From: a virus
Lineage: Duplodnaviria > Caudoviricetes
Strand: one strand, 5' to 3'
IMG/VR virus record: IMGVR_UViG_2634166464_000002
Span: 1 to 64,000 of that record
Length of the DNA: 64,000 bases
The notes under the pieces are model-generated. The model was not told where the DNA came from. It searched no databases and saw only the letters and a program-made list of their open reading frames with translations. Of the stretch, positions 34,326 through 43,420 are shown piece by piece. The stretch's first letter is position 1, and every line of letters begins with the position of its first letter. The translations under genes and the position numbers were made by a program.

Positions 34326-37300
34326 CAGCGCGCCTCCAGTTTCGCGGCGAGCTCCTTGATGGCCTCGATGAAGTAGCCGGCCAGGTTCCCGTAATCGACC
34401 GACAGCATCCCGTCCCTGTCCTCCCGCACGAGTTCCGGCGCGATCGGCCGCAACTGCTGCGCGATCACGCCCGCGCTGGTCTCGCCGCTCTCGATGCGGT
34501 CGAACCACACGCCCTGCATGGCGAGCACCTTGGCGAGGGCGTCGGTGATCGGCCGCACATTCTTTTTCATGCGGAGGTCGGAATAGGCCCCGACGTTGCC
34601 CGAGAAGGTCACGGTGCCGTCAGTCAGCGAGAGCTGCATCGGGTGGCGGCCATTCGGCCCGCTGTCCCATGTGTTCGCGTCGGTGCCGCCACGCAGGACG
34701 TAGAAGTAGTTGGAGTTGTTGTGGATGAACGAAGACCACTGGCCGCCCGTGATGTCGCGGAGCTTGATGGTTGGATCCTCGCCGCGGACCTCCAGCATCG
34801 GAACGCGCACTGGGGCGACGTTGAACCCGTAAACCGTGCCGTCGTAGTGGATCCAGCGGGCATCGCTGGCGGCACCGAAGAAGATCGCACCCGTGCCATT
34901 GCCGCGGCTGGCGATCAGATCCCGCGCGGTGAAGGTGCCATCGGGGTCGATCTTGACCGTGGTCTTGTAGACACCGGCCTCGCGGTTGTTGAAGGTGAGG
35001 CTCTTGGTGTCGGGATGGCGCTGGATATACCAACAGTTGTCCCAGTTGGTGCCGACTGCGACGACGCCCCAACCGTCCGTCCGGTAAGACGAAATCGCAG
35101 GCGCGATCACCTCGCTCGTGAACGTGTTGCTGCCCGACAGGCTCGCGAGTTGGTAGGTCGTGCCGTTGACGCGCGCGAAGATTCCGCCGGTCGTCGTCCA
35201 GACATCGCCGTTCGCAGGCGACGTCGGAGCCGTGCCGTGCGGCAAGTTGATCGAGGCGGTTGAGGTCGACGGCGTCGCGAAGGTTTGCCTCGCCGTCCAT
35301 GTTTGCGCCCGCTCAACAGTCGCAACCTGGCGCGTGGTCGAGCCCATCCGAAAAAAGAGTGCGTTGGATGCAAACCAAAAGTCGCCGCTGACCGGAGACG
35401 TCGGCGCTGTGCCGCTCGGGAGATTGAACCCTGCACCCTCGGCGGTCGGGGCGACCGTGGTGAGCTTGCCCTCCATCGTGTCGCCGGCCTTGTCGACCTT
35501 GGTGGTGATCGCGTCCTCAAGGCCGTCGATCTCGCTCGCCGGGTGGCGGTGCGGGGCAGGCGGAAAGGTTTCGGGCTTCTCGGCGATATCCGGCCACGCG
35601 GTCGAGATCGCGCCGATCGCGGCCTCAACATCGGTGACATTCGCCTTGGTGGCCACCTCCGCATCGAGTTCCTCGAGCGCCGCTTGGACGTTCACCGACT
35701 GCAGGTTGCCGGTCGGCGTGACCACGATGTTGGTGGCGTCGCCGGTCGAGAAATCCCTCGCCTTCTCGGCCCAGTGCCGAGCCGAATACCCGTTGGGCGC
35801 AACCGCGACATCCTCGGGCGCATTGGCCCAATCCTGCGCCAGGTTGCGCGCCGTTTCGGACGCGGCCTGCGCGGCCTCCGCATTCGCCTCCGCCGTCTCG
35901 GCTGCTTCGCGAGCGGCTTCAGCCCCGCTACGGGCCGTCTCGGCGCCCGTGCGGGCCGTTTCCGACGCCGTGCGGTCTGCGGCAACCGCGACCCGGTCAG
36001 CCTCGACCTCGTCACGCAGTCCCGTAACCGTCGCGAGATCCGTGGCGACCGCAGCACGATCGGTCGCCGTCTCATCGCGCAGGCCCTGAACCGTAGCGAG
36101 GTTCGTCGCCACCTCCGCGCGATCGGCCTCGACCCCGGCAGCCGTCGTATTGACCGTGAGCCGGTAGGCCTCCGCTTCGTCGCGTGCAAGGAACGTGGCG
36201 TCACGGGCCGCAACCGTTTCGTCCCGCGCTGCCGTGGTGACATCTCGTGCAGCCTCGGTGCCTGTAAGAGCGGCCTCGACGGCGGCGCGATCATCGGCAA
36301 CTGCGAGCCGATCGGCTTCGACCTCACCACGCAGAGTCGTGACGGTGACCAGATCGGCCCCGACTGCGGCGCGGTCTGTGCCCGTAGCGTCGCGGAGTTC
36401 CTGCACGGTCGCAAGATCCGCCGCGACCGTCGCCCGGTTCGCCTCGACCGCTGCCGCCGCCGTTGCGACCTCGGCCCGATCAGCCTCCGCCTCGTCACGC
36501 GCCGCGAACGTGGCATCGCGCGCCTCGAGCGTCACATCGCGCGCTGCGGTCGTGACATCGCGCGCCTCGATGCCGGTGTCGCGTGCGGCCTCCGACGCCG
36601 CCTGTGCAGCCTCTGCGCCAGACCTCGCGGTCTCCGCCCCCGTGCGTGCGAACTCAGCCGCGCCGGCCGAGGCTGCAGCTTCTCCAGCCCGCGTGGTTGA
36701 GATCCCGGCCTGCGCGGTGCTGGTCGCAGCGCTCGCCGCCGCATTCGACTCGCTCGTTGCCGCAGCCTGTTCCGATGCCAGACTCGCCGCAGCGCTGTTC
36801 GCACTGGCCTCGGCTGATGACGCGCTCTGCGATGCGCTCGTGGCGCTGTTGGTTTCCGAGGTCTGGCTCGCCGTCTCCGAGGCTTTCGCCGCGTTCTGGC
36901 TCGCCAGAGAGGCAGCAGCGCTGTTCGCGCTCGCGCCTGCGGAAGTGGCGCTGTTCGTCTCGCTCGTCCTTGCGGCTGCTTCGGACGCAGCCGCTGCCAG
37001 CGCCGAGGCTAACGCGTCGCTGCGATACGGCCCCAGGATGTTGTCGAGGTCGCCCTCGACCACTGCGGTCCAGATCGTCTCGCCGACCTCCCTGTATTGG
37101 ATCGAGTAGGTCTCGGGGTCGACCCGAAACTCGACCGGCGCTGCGCTCTCGCCTTTCAGGCTCTGCCCTGCCGACCAGTGACCGGTTGCATCGGAGAGCT
37201 TCGCAGAGATCAGGAAGGGATTCGTGTCGATCTGCAGGAAGGTGAAACCGCGCTTCTGGTTGTCGAAGGCTGCGCGGTCAGCCAAGGAGCCGAACGCATC

Positions 37301-37600
37301 CGGCTTGAACGGCAGGCCTTCTCGAATGCGCTTGATGAGTTCCTGCACGAGCGCATTGGTCGTGACATTGCTCGACCAGTAGGGGCTGGTCTTCATGAGC
37401 ACGAACGCGGTCTGATCCGTCGCCGTCTCCGCAGGCCAGCCATAGGCCAGCATCAGCTCCGCGCTGGAGACGACCTTGTCGATCGGGACGCTGACGCCGT
37501 TAAGATTGAAGGTATCTCCCTCCAATGCAACGAACTGCGTGTGGAAACCCGTGACCGTGCGGCTCCCGGCTGTCACCGAGACCGAGTTTTCAATCGGCAT
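34325..37600 (-). CDS. Tail fibre with Ala-rich coiled coil and C-terminal intramolecular chaperone (peptidase S74)
   Basis: Ala/Ser-rich heptads; 'YSDLRMKKNVRPI.DALAKV', 'GVIAQ', 'VDYG...FIEAIKEL'. Confidence 0.88.
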   Translation of the reverse strand: MPIENSVSVTAGSRTVTGFHTQFVALEGDTFNLNGVSVPIDKVVSSAELMLAYGWPAETATDQTAFVLMKTSPYWSSNVTTNALVQELIKRIREGLPFKPDAFGSLADRAAFDNQKRGFTFLQIDTNPFLISAKLSDATGHWSAGQSLKGESAAPVEFRVDPETYSIQYREVGETIWTAVVEGDLDNILGPYRSDALASALAAAASEAAARTSETNSATSAGASANSAAASLASQNAAKASETASQTSETNSATSASQSASSAEASANSAAASLASEQAAATSESNAAASAATSTAQAGISTTRAGEAAASAGAAEFARTGAETARSGAEAAQAASEAARDTGIEARDVTTAARDVTLEARDATFAARDEAEADRAEVATAAAAVEANRATVAADLATVQELRDATGTDRAAVGADLVTVTTLRGEVEADRLAVADDRAAVEAALTGTEAARDVTTAARDETVAARDATFLARDEAEAYRLTVNTTAAGVEADRAEVATNLATVQGLRDETATDRAAVATDLATVTGLRDEVEADRVAVAADRTASETARTGAETARSGAEAAREAAETAEANAEAAQAASETARNLAQDWANAPEDVAVAPNGYSARHWAEKARDFSTGDATNIVVTPTGNLQSVNVQAALEELDAEVATKANVTDVEAAIGAISTAWPDIAEKPETFPPAPHRHPASEIDGLEDAITTKVDKAGDTMEGKLTTVAPTAEGAGFNLPSGTAPTSPVSGDFWFASNALFFRMGSTTRQVATVERAQTWTARQTFATPSTSTASINLPHGTAPTSPANGDVWTTTGGIFARVNGTTYQLASLSGSNTFTSEVIAPAISSYRTDGWGVVAVGTNWDNCWYIQRHPDTKSLTFNNREAGVYKTTVKIDPDGTFTARDLIASRGNGTGAIFFGAASDARWIHYDGTVYGFNVAPVRVPMLEVRGEDPTIKLRDITGGQWSSFIHNNSNYFYVLRGGTDANTWDSGPNGRHPMQLSLTDGTVTFSGNVGAYSDLRMKKNVRPITDALAKVLAMQGVWFDRIESGETSAGVIAQQLRPIAPELVREDRDGMLSVDYGNLAGYFIEAIKELAAKLEAR

Positions 37601-37660
37601 GGTTGTGTTGTCCTCGCTCGGCCTGAGAAAGGTTCGTTGAGATCGGATTGTGCGGAGCGG

Positions 37661-37984
37661 CTAGGGGCGCGTGCTGAAGATGTCCGCGAGCGTCGGCCCG
37701 CCCGTGAGGTCTTGCGGCGCCGCCATGATCTGTCGGTCGATATCCACCAGTTCTTCCGGTGTCTTCTCGATCGGCACCCTGCGCTCGATGTCGATACGGT
37801 GCGTTTCCGGCTCGACGCGGACGCCGCGGATCAGCGCGAGGCCCTGATCCTCCATCTCGTCGAGCACAATGCGCTGCGTTTGACCGTGCGCGAGGATCAC
37901 GCCGGTCCCCGGATCATAGTGCGTGAATTCGATCGGTTCGAACGGATCGAGGCCCTCCGCCTCGTAGTCGGCAGGCCTTCTCAT
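37661..37984 (-). CDS. Putative tail assembly/adapter protein
   Basis: Coupled to J; 'YDPGTGVI'; C-terminal 'APQDLTGGPTLADI'. Confidence 0.55.
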   Translation of the reverse strand: MRRPADYEAEGLDPFEPIEFTHYDPGTGVILAHGQTQRIVLDEMEDQGLALIRGVRVEPETHRIDIERRVPIEKTPEELVDIDRQIMAAPQDLTGGPTLADIFSTRP

Positions 37985-40900
37985 CGTGCAGTCTCCAGAA
38001 CCGTCATCGTCACGCGGCGGCCTTGGCAGACACACCGAAAGGTATGCACGCCCTCCCAGCCTGCCACCACCATGAGCTGCGTCGTGACCGTCGGGAGCGC
38101 GTGGTAAGTAATGACGGCGGTGATCTCGCCGCCGGTCGTGGACGTCAGAACATTCGAGACGGCGCCCGGTGAGGCGATGCCGGTCTGCCACGCCTGGCCG
38201 TTGTAGTAGATGGTGCCCTCGGCATAGCCGTAGCCGCCGGAGCCCTGCACCTCGCCAGCACCGTGGATCGTCACGAGGCAGACCAGCCGTGCGCCGTAGC
38301 GGGCATAGATCCCGCATGACACGTCCGCAACGGCGGTGGCGGTCGCCATGTTGGTGACCGCACCGTTTGCGAGCCGCAGCGTGTCGATCTCCGCGACGCC
38401 GATCTTCGCGGTCGTGATCACCGCGTCGTTGATCTGCGCGGACGAGGTGATGATGTTCGAAGCAGCGAGCTTCGTGCCCCAGATCGTACCGTCCACAATC
38501 AGGTCGCCGCGCACGCCCATCGAGAACTGCACGGAGCCGTCCATCTTCCTGGCCCCGGTCAGGACGTAGCCGCCCGTCCGTCCGTCGATCTCCATGGTGA
38601 CGCCGTATTGCGCCTGGATCCCGTTGATCGACGAGCCATACTGCGTCAGCGTCGCGGTGTGCCCGTTCACGGACGTTTGTAGCGTCGAGACCTGCTCTGC
38701 CTGCGCGGAGTCGGCGGAGCTGCGCGCCGTCTGCTCTGCAACGATCGCTGCGACGTTGCCCTGGACATCCGTGCGGAGCACCTCGAGTTGCGAGGCGACT
38801 GCCTCCTCCGCTGTCGTGCGGGCTGTCCGCTCCGCCAGGATCGACGCCTGGTTCTCGCCAACGCGCGCATCGAGCGTGGTGATGCTCTGTGCGAGAGCCT
38901 CGTCCTCGGTCGCGCGGACGGTACGCTCCTCGACGAGGGAGGCCGACACCTCGCCAATCTGCGCGCCCAGCATCAGGGTCTTGGATGCCGTCGCCTCGTC
39001 CTCGTTGTAGGAGGTGACCGTTTCTTCCGAGGTGATGTTGCCGAGCACCTCGATACGCTCTTCCAGCCGCTTGAGCGCGTTGCGGGTCGCCTCCTCGCCC
39101 ATGCGCGCGACGGCATCGACGGCCTCGCGGACCTGCTCCTGCAAGTGCTGCAGGTCGATGAGCATGTTCGCGATGTCGCTGTCGATCGTCGGCTTGAACA
39201 GAGCCGCGGTGGTGTAGACGTATGCGCTCGCGACACCTTGCGCGTTGATCGCCTGCGCGCGGATCCGGAGCTCGACGTTTTCGCGATACTCGACGACGTA
39301 CGAACCCTCGGTCGCCTCACCCGCGTGGATGGCCTGCCACGGGGTATCTGGCCCGTATTGGATGTCGACGATGTAGCGCACCGCGCCGCGCGCCTGCCCG
39401 ACCGCCCAATCGAGGACAAGTGCGACCGCCTTCTGCACCACCATGCCCCTGACCCACGGCAGGATCGGCAGCAGATGGCCTTCGTTGTGAATGACCTCCT
39501 TGATGGGCGGGGCAGGCGGCACGGCTTCGCCGAGCACGGACCAGACCTCCGGGGCATCGTAGACCGCCGTCACGGCGACGCGGTTGAGGCCCTCGGGCCT
39601 CGCGGTGCGGATGATGTAGGGCTGGCTGAGTTCAGCGAGCGTCCCGATCAGCACGGTGACGGGAAGCTTGCGGCGCGTCTTGACGAACAGGCTGTTGAAC
39701 GGCTCGCCCGTGTATTGGGCGATCGTCGTCACGTCGTCGGCGTCGAGCACGATCTCGCGCGGCTTGTCCCCAGCCGTGAGCGCGACCGGTCCCCATTCCC
39801 GGCCCTTGTCCGTGCGGAACACCGCATGCGCGCCCGCCGGGATCGGGACATCGACATCGAGGGTCAGGGTGTAGCCGACGCGCTTCTCGACGCCCGCCGC
39901 CACCGGCTGATCGAGGTACCAGGTGTCGACATAGGCCGCATCGTTTCGCCCCAGGATGCGGCCCACCATCTCGGTCGTGAAGGTTCTGCTCTCCCGCCGG
40001 TAATAGGCCGAAGCGGCATACCACCGAGCGAGCATCACCGCGTGCTCGTGATTGCTGACCCCGAAGGCATTGATCCGGCGCGGCGTCAGCGTCTGCGCGC
40101 CGACCGTCACGCGCTGCTCGCCGCGCTTCTGCGGATCCCCGTTGACATAGTATTCGACGATCACGTCCGACGCGCCGTCGCTCATGTCGAGGTCGAACTC
40201 GGCACCGCTCGTGTCGCGCACGATCTGCCTGCGCGTGATGACGTGCTTGCGGAGTGAGCGCGGCTCGTCGCGGGTCATCGACCAGGTATCGCCGAGCACG
40301 AGCGGCTCGCCCCGGATGACGCCGAGGATCGTGCCCATCACCTCCGCGACCGCCGCGGGGCCGCGGATCTGGCCGTCGAAGGTGTTGTTGCGCGCGAGCG
40401 TGTAGGCGTAGTGCTCGAATGTCGGCAAGTCGATCTTGTGGTCGGGAATCGCGCCGCCATAGCGCTGGTTGCGGAGCACGTCGAGCGCGCACCAGACCGC
40501 GTTGTTCGTCGGTCGCATCACCCAAGTGCCGCCCTCGCGCACGGGCAGGATCGACTCGCACTCCACCCAGATCTCGCTGAACGAGGAGATCGAGCCGGTG
40601 TGCTTGCCCGAGCGGATCACCATCCCGATCTCGGTCACGTCGGGCCGCAGCGGCTCGTCGCCGAGATGGGCGCGCAGGCCATCCCACATCACCGTGTTGA
40701 CCTGCCTGACGCCCTGCTGCTCGAGATACCCCGTAACCGGCGGCTGCGTGTTCCAGGCACGCACGGCGTAGCGTCCCATCGGGACGTTGATGTAGCGGGT
40801 GAAGCGCAAGGGCCTCGTCGAGACCTGAAACCCGCCATCGTAATGGAGGTACTGCCACGCACCGGTCGGATTCCCGTCGTCGTCGATCGGTGCATATTCA

Positions 40901-41919
40901 AACTGGACGCCCCAGTAACCCGGCAAGTTCATCGTCTTTTTCGGGTGATTGGAGAACACGCCCTGCGGCAGCGAGTAGTCGAGTTGGATCCGGTTCGTCT
41001 GCTGCCCTTGCGGCGTGACCGGGAACGGCCCGCTCCACGGTGGGTTTGCGGGTGGGTCGTCGCCGAGGCGCGGCAGCTCGGTGCCCGCGACCTGGTCGGA
41101 GGAGTAGACGCTCGACGGCACGAGCGCGGAACGCTGCCCCGGCTCGATGAACTCGATCTGACTGCCGTCGAAAGGCGAGCGCACGCCCTGATCGCGCGTC
41201 CACATGATCGCCTGCCCGACGCGGATCGTATGAACGACATACCGGCCCAGCCCAAGCGTGAGCCGCTTGTAGAGGATCTGGTCCTCGCCCTCGTAAGCGA
41301 AGTAGTCGGGTTGCGAGAGGTCGGGATTGCTCCACACGCGCCCGTAGTTGATCGGTATCCTGTCTCCCGCGCGCGGGAGATTGCCGCCGCCCGAGACGCC
41401 GTAAACCGGTCTGTCGTCCTCCTTATTGGCTTTCGGCTTGGTGGCTTTGCTCAAGAAATAGGCTGCGCCGGCCACGATGCCGATCGCCAACACTTTGCCG
41501 AGGAGCGTGAGCGAGGTCGCGGTGCCGATCGCCGCCGTTCCGGCCGCTCCGAACAGCGAGCCGATGCCGGCGACGAGGTATGGTGCCGCGACCGCGAGCA
41601 CGATCATGGCAATCGCCGCGCCGATGGCTTTGCCGCCCCCGCCGCCTCCTCCGCCGCCTCCGCCTCCTCCGCCGAGCGGGAGATACGTTATGACGACAAC
41701 GTCATCCGGCCCGACGAGCGTGTTCCGCCACTCCTTCTTGAGCCGCACCGTCTCGTCGCTCGGCTGGAGCATCTGGCCGCGCCGATGGACCGACACGATG
41801 CACGGACGACCGGGCGTGCGTTGCTTCGCGATGGTCGACAACCGGCGGCGCCGACGCGGGAGCGCAATCGGCTCCCGCAGCGGTTCGCCAATGTCGGAGG
41901 CGTGGATGACAAGCGTCAT
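37981..41919 (-). CDS. Tail tip/host-specificity protein J with fused I-like N-terminus
   Basis: 'GDRIPINYGR', 'TNNAVWCALD.LR..RYG', 'FDG', FnIII-like region, coiled coil, 'DG.I..TK...A.I..AKI..AEI'. Confidence 0.88.
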   Translation of the reverse strand: MTLVIHASDIGEPLREPIALPRRRRRLSTIAKQRTPGRPCIVSVHRRGQMLQPSDETVRLKKEWRNTLVGPDDVVVITYLPLGGGGGGGGGGGGGGKAIGAAIAMIVLAVAAPYLVAGIGSLFGAAGTAAIGTATSLTLLGKVLAIGIVAGAAYFLSKATKPKANKEDDRPVYGVSGGGNLPRAGDRIPINYGRVWSNPDLSQPDYFAYEGEDQILYKRLTLGLGRYVVHTIRVGQAIMWTRDQGVRSPFDGSQIEFIEPGQRSALVPSSVYSSDQVAGTELPRLGDDPPANPPWSGPFPVTPQGQQTNRIQLDYSLPQGVFSNHPKKTMNLPGYWGVQFEYAPIDDDGNPTGAWQYLHYDGGFQVSTRPLRFTRYINVPMGRYAVRAWNTQPPVTGYLEQQGVRQVNTVMWDGLRAHLGDEPLRPDVTEIGMVIRSGKHTGSISSFSEIWVECESILPVREGGTWVMRPTNNAVWCALDVLRNQRYGGAIPDHKIDLPTFEHYAYTLARNNTFDGQIRGPAAVAEVMGTILGVIRGEPLVLGDTWSMTRDEPRSLRKHVITRRQIVRDTSGAEFDLDMSDGASDVIVEYYVNGDPQKRGEQRVTVGAQTLTPRRINAFGVSNHEHAVMLARWYAASAYYRRESRTFTTEMVGRILGRNDAAYVDTWYLDQPVAAGVEKRVGYTLTLDVDVPIPAGAHAVFRTDKGREWGPVALTAGDKPREIVLDADDVTTIAQYTGEPFNSLFVKTRRKLPVTVLIGTLAELSQPYIIRTARPEGLNRVAVTAVYDAPEVWSVLGEAVPPAPPIKEVIHNEGHLLPILPWVRGMVVQKAVALVLDWAVGQARGAVRYIVDIQYGPDTPWQAIHAGEATEGSYVVEYRENVELRIRAQAINAQGVASAYVYTTAALFKPTIDSDIANMLIDLQHLQEQVREAVDAVARMGEEATRNALKRLEERIEVLGNITSEETVTSYNEDEATASKTLMLGAQIGEVSASLVEERTVRATEDEALAQSITTLDARVGENQASILAERTARTTAEEAVASQLEVLRTDVQGNVAAIVAEQTARSSADSAQAEQVSTLQTSVNGHTATLTQYGSSINGIQAQYGVTMEIDGRTGGYVLTGARKMDGSVQFSMGVRGDLIVDGTIWGTKLAASNIITSSAQINDAVITTAKIGVAEIDTLRLANGAVTNMATATAVADVSCGIYARYGARLVCLVTIHGAGEVQGSGGYGYAEGTIYYNGQAWQTGIASPGAVSNVLTSTTGGEITAVITYHALPTVTTQLMVVAGWEGVHTFRCVCQGRRVTMTVLETAR

Positions 41920-41929
41920 AGCGCGAGCG

Positions 41930-42127
41930 TCAGGCCTTCCCGTCGACCTTCTCGGTCTCGGCGTCGATCTCGACGTTCTTGATCGTCAGCGCGACACCGA
42001 TCGTGCCGTCCACGATAGTGGGACCGGCGTGATGCACCGGGATCTCGACGTCACCGATACGGATGCGGCTCACGGGTCCGCCGTTCGCCTGAATGAACAC
42101 CACGCGCGTTTTCTTCTCTGCCATCAC
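41930..42127 (-). CDS. Hypothetical protein
   Basis: GAGGAG RBS; small ORF between tail genes. Confidence 0.55.
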   Translation of the reverse strand: MMAEKKTRVVFIQANGGPVSRIRIGDVEIPVHHAGPTIVDGTIGVALTIKNVEIDAETEKVDGKA

Positions 42128-42540
42128 TCACTCCTCTTTGGGACGAACCACCGCGGCACCCAGCCGCGGATCTGGAGTTCCCGCAGCGTGTCGAGCACGA
42201 CGCCGTGCGGGTGGTCGGTGTGCAGCACCCTACCCTGCTCGAGCGCGACGTAGACGCCTGCGTGCTCGAGATCATGGGGATTGCCGCCGATGCGGTGCAT
42301 TCGTGCGACCGCGCCGTGCTCCGGCGATGAGATCTCGCACCACCCGAATTGATCCGCCCCGGTCGACAGCAGGCCACGTCGCGTTGACCGGGGCGGCACC
42401 GCCCGCTCCTCCGAGAAAGGAAGCGTGCGATCGAACAGGTCTCTCTGCACCTGGCAAACGAGAGACCAACAGTGCAGTCCGCGCCGCTGCCAGGGCTGGC
42501 CGATGAGGCCCTGCAGATACGCGAGAGTCTTAGAGTCCAT
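42124..42540 (-). CDS. NlpC/P60-like tail assembly protein (gpK-like)
   Basis: 'IGQPW..RGLHCWSLV', 'HAGVYV....VLH'. Confidence 0.85.
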   Translation of the reverse strand: MDSKTLAYLQGLIGQPWQRRGLHCWSLVCQVQRDLFDRTLPFSEERAVPPRSTRRGLLSTGADQFGWCEISSPEHGAVARMHRIGGNPHDLEHAGVYVALEQGRVLHTDHPHGVVLDTLRELQIRGWVPRWFVPKRSE

Positions 42541-43036
42541 GCAGCGCCGGGTAATCGGCGAGCGAGTACGTCAGGCGAGGAAAAGCCTGTCTGTCGGCTT
42601 TGCTGGTCGTCTCAAGCGTTCCCGTCGCCGAGGTCGGCCCGAGCGAAACCTTGGACAGCATCAAGCCTCCCCTCACCTCTCCGGGGCGAGACAGGTCGCT
42701 CACGGTGTAGCCGCGATAAGTGACGTTGAGCGGCAATCCCGCTTTCACCGCTGCCTTCAAATGCGGCTGGAGCAACTTGCTCACATTGTCTACCGCCAAC
42801 TGTCCGGTCGTCGGCCCGTCGTCGTCGAAGCCCTGCAGCGTCACCTTCACGCCGCAGGCGATGAAGCGCGCTTTGAGCCCGCCGTCGTTGATTGGCAGGT
42901 CCATGTCCTGCTCGACGTTGCACACGATGCGGACGGGCTCCGCGAAGCTCGCGTGATCCAACTCGATGGTGTCAATGATGACATCATCGATGTCCGGATC
43001 GGCATACGCCTCTTGAATGGCGTCGGTGAGTGACAT
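42530..43036 (-). CDS. Minor tail protein (DUF1833-like)
   Basis: 'IDTIELDHASF..PVRIV', 'LAVDNVS', 'VTYR.Y..SDLS.P', 'FP...Y....YP.L'. Confidence 0.8.
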   Translation of the reverse strand: MSLTDAIQEAYADPDIDDVIIDTIELDHASFAEPVRIVCNVEQDMDLPINDGGLKARFIACGVKVTLQGFDDDGPTTGQLAVDNVSKLLQPHLKAAVKAGLPLNVTYRGYTVSDLSRPGEVRGGLMLSKVSLGPTSATGTLETTSKADRQAFPRLTYSLADYPALHGL

Positions 43037-43038
43037 CG

Positions 43039-43416
43039 CTACCAGTCGAACACGAGGAGTGTGAAGGACGAGGAGAAGCCCATGCCGAAGGTGTCGCTCG
43101 AAACCTTCGCCTGGTCGATCATCACGGTCTTCACCTCGTAACTGTTCGTCGCCGGCCGATAGACCGGCATGGTGAAGCGCGAGGTTCCGTCCACCAGGTC
43201 GTTCTCGATGAAGGAGCGGAAGCGCTCGAATTCGGCTGGTGTCTGGAAGACGAGCCGATACTCGATCCGCGCGCGGCGCCCGAGCCCGCTGCGCCGGCCC
43301 ATGGGCGGGCCATCTTCGAACTCCGTCCACAGCGGAGGACGCGTCATCTCAGTGATGCGGTAATTGTCCATCGTGGGCTTGAAGGTGAGCCCGCTAGGCC
43401 AGGCAGGGAGTGCCAT
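43039..43416 (-). CDS. Distal tail protein (gpM-like)
   Basis: 'LPAWPSGL...TEFEDGP..RR...F..F....L.DG...FTMP' after tape measure. Confidence 0.75.
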   Translation of the reverse strand: MALPAWPSGLTFKPTMDNYRITEMTRPPLWTEFEDGPPMGRRSGLGRRARIEYRLVFQTPAEFERFRSFIENDLVDGTSRFTMPVYRPATNSYEVKTVMIDQAKVSSDTFGMGFSSSFTLLVFDW

Positions 43417-43420
43417 CGTT

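Noticed and set aside
31673-41919. Diversity-generating retroelement or invertible tail-fibre cassette
   Set aside because: No reverse transcriptase, invertase or template/variable repeat pair seen; shared motifs are protein-level only
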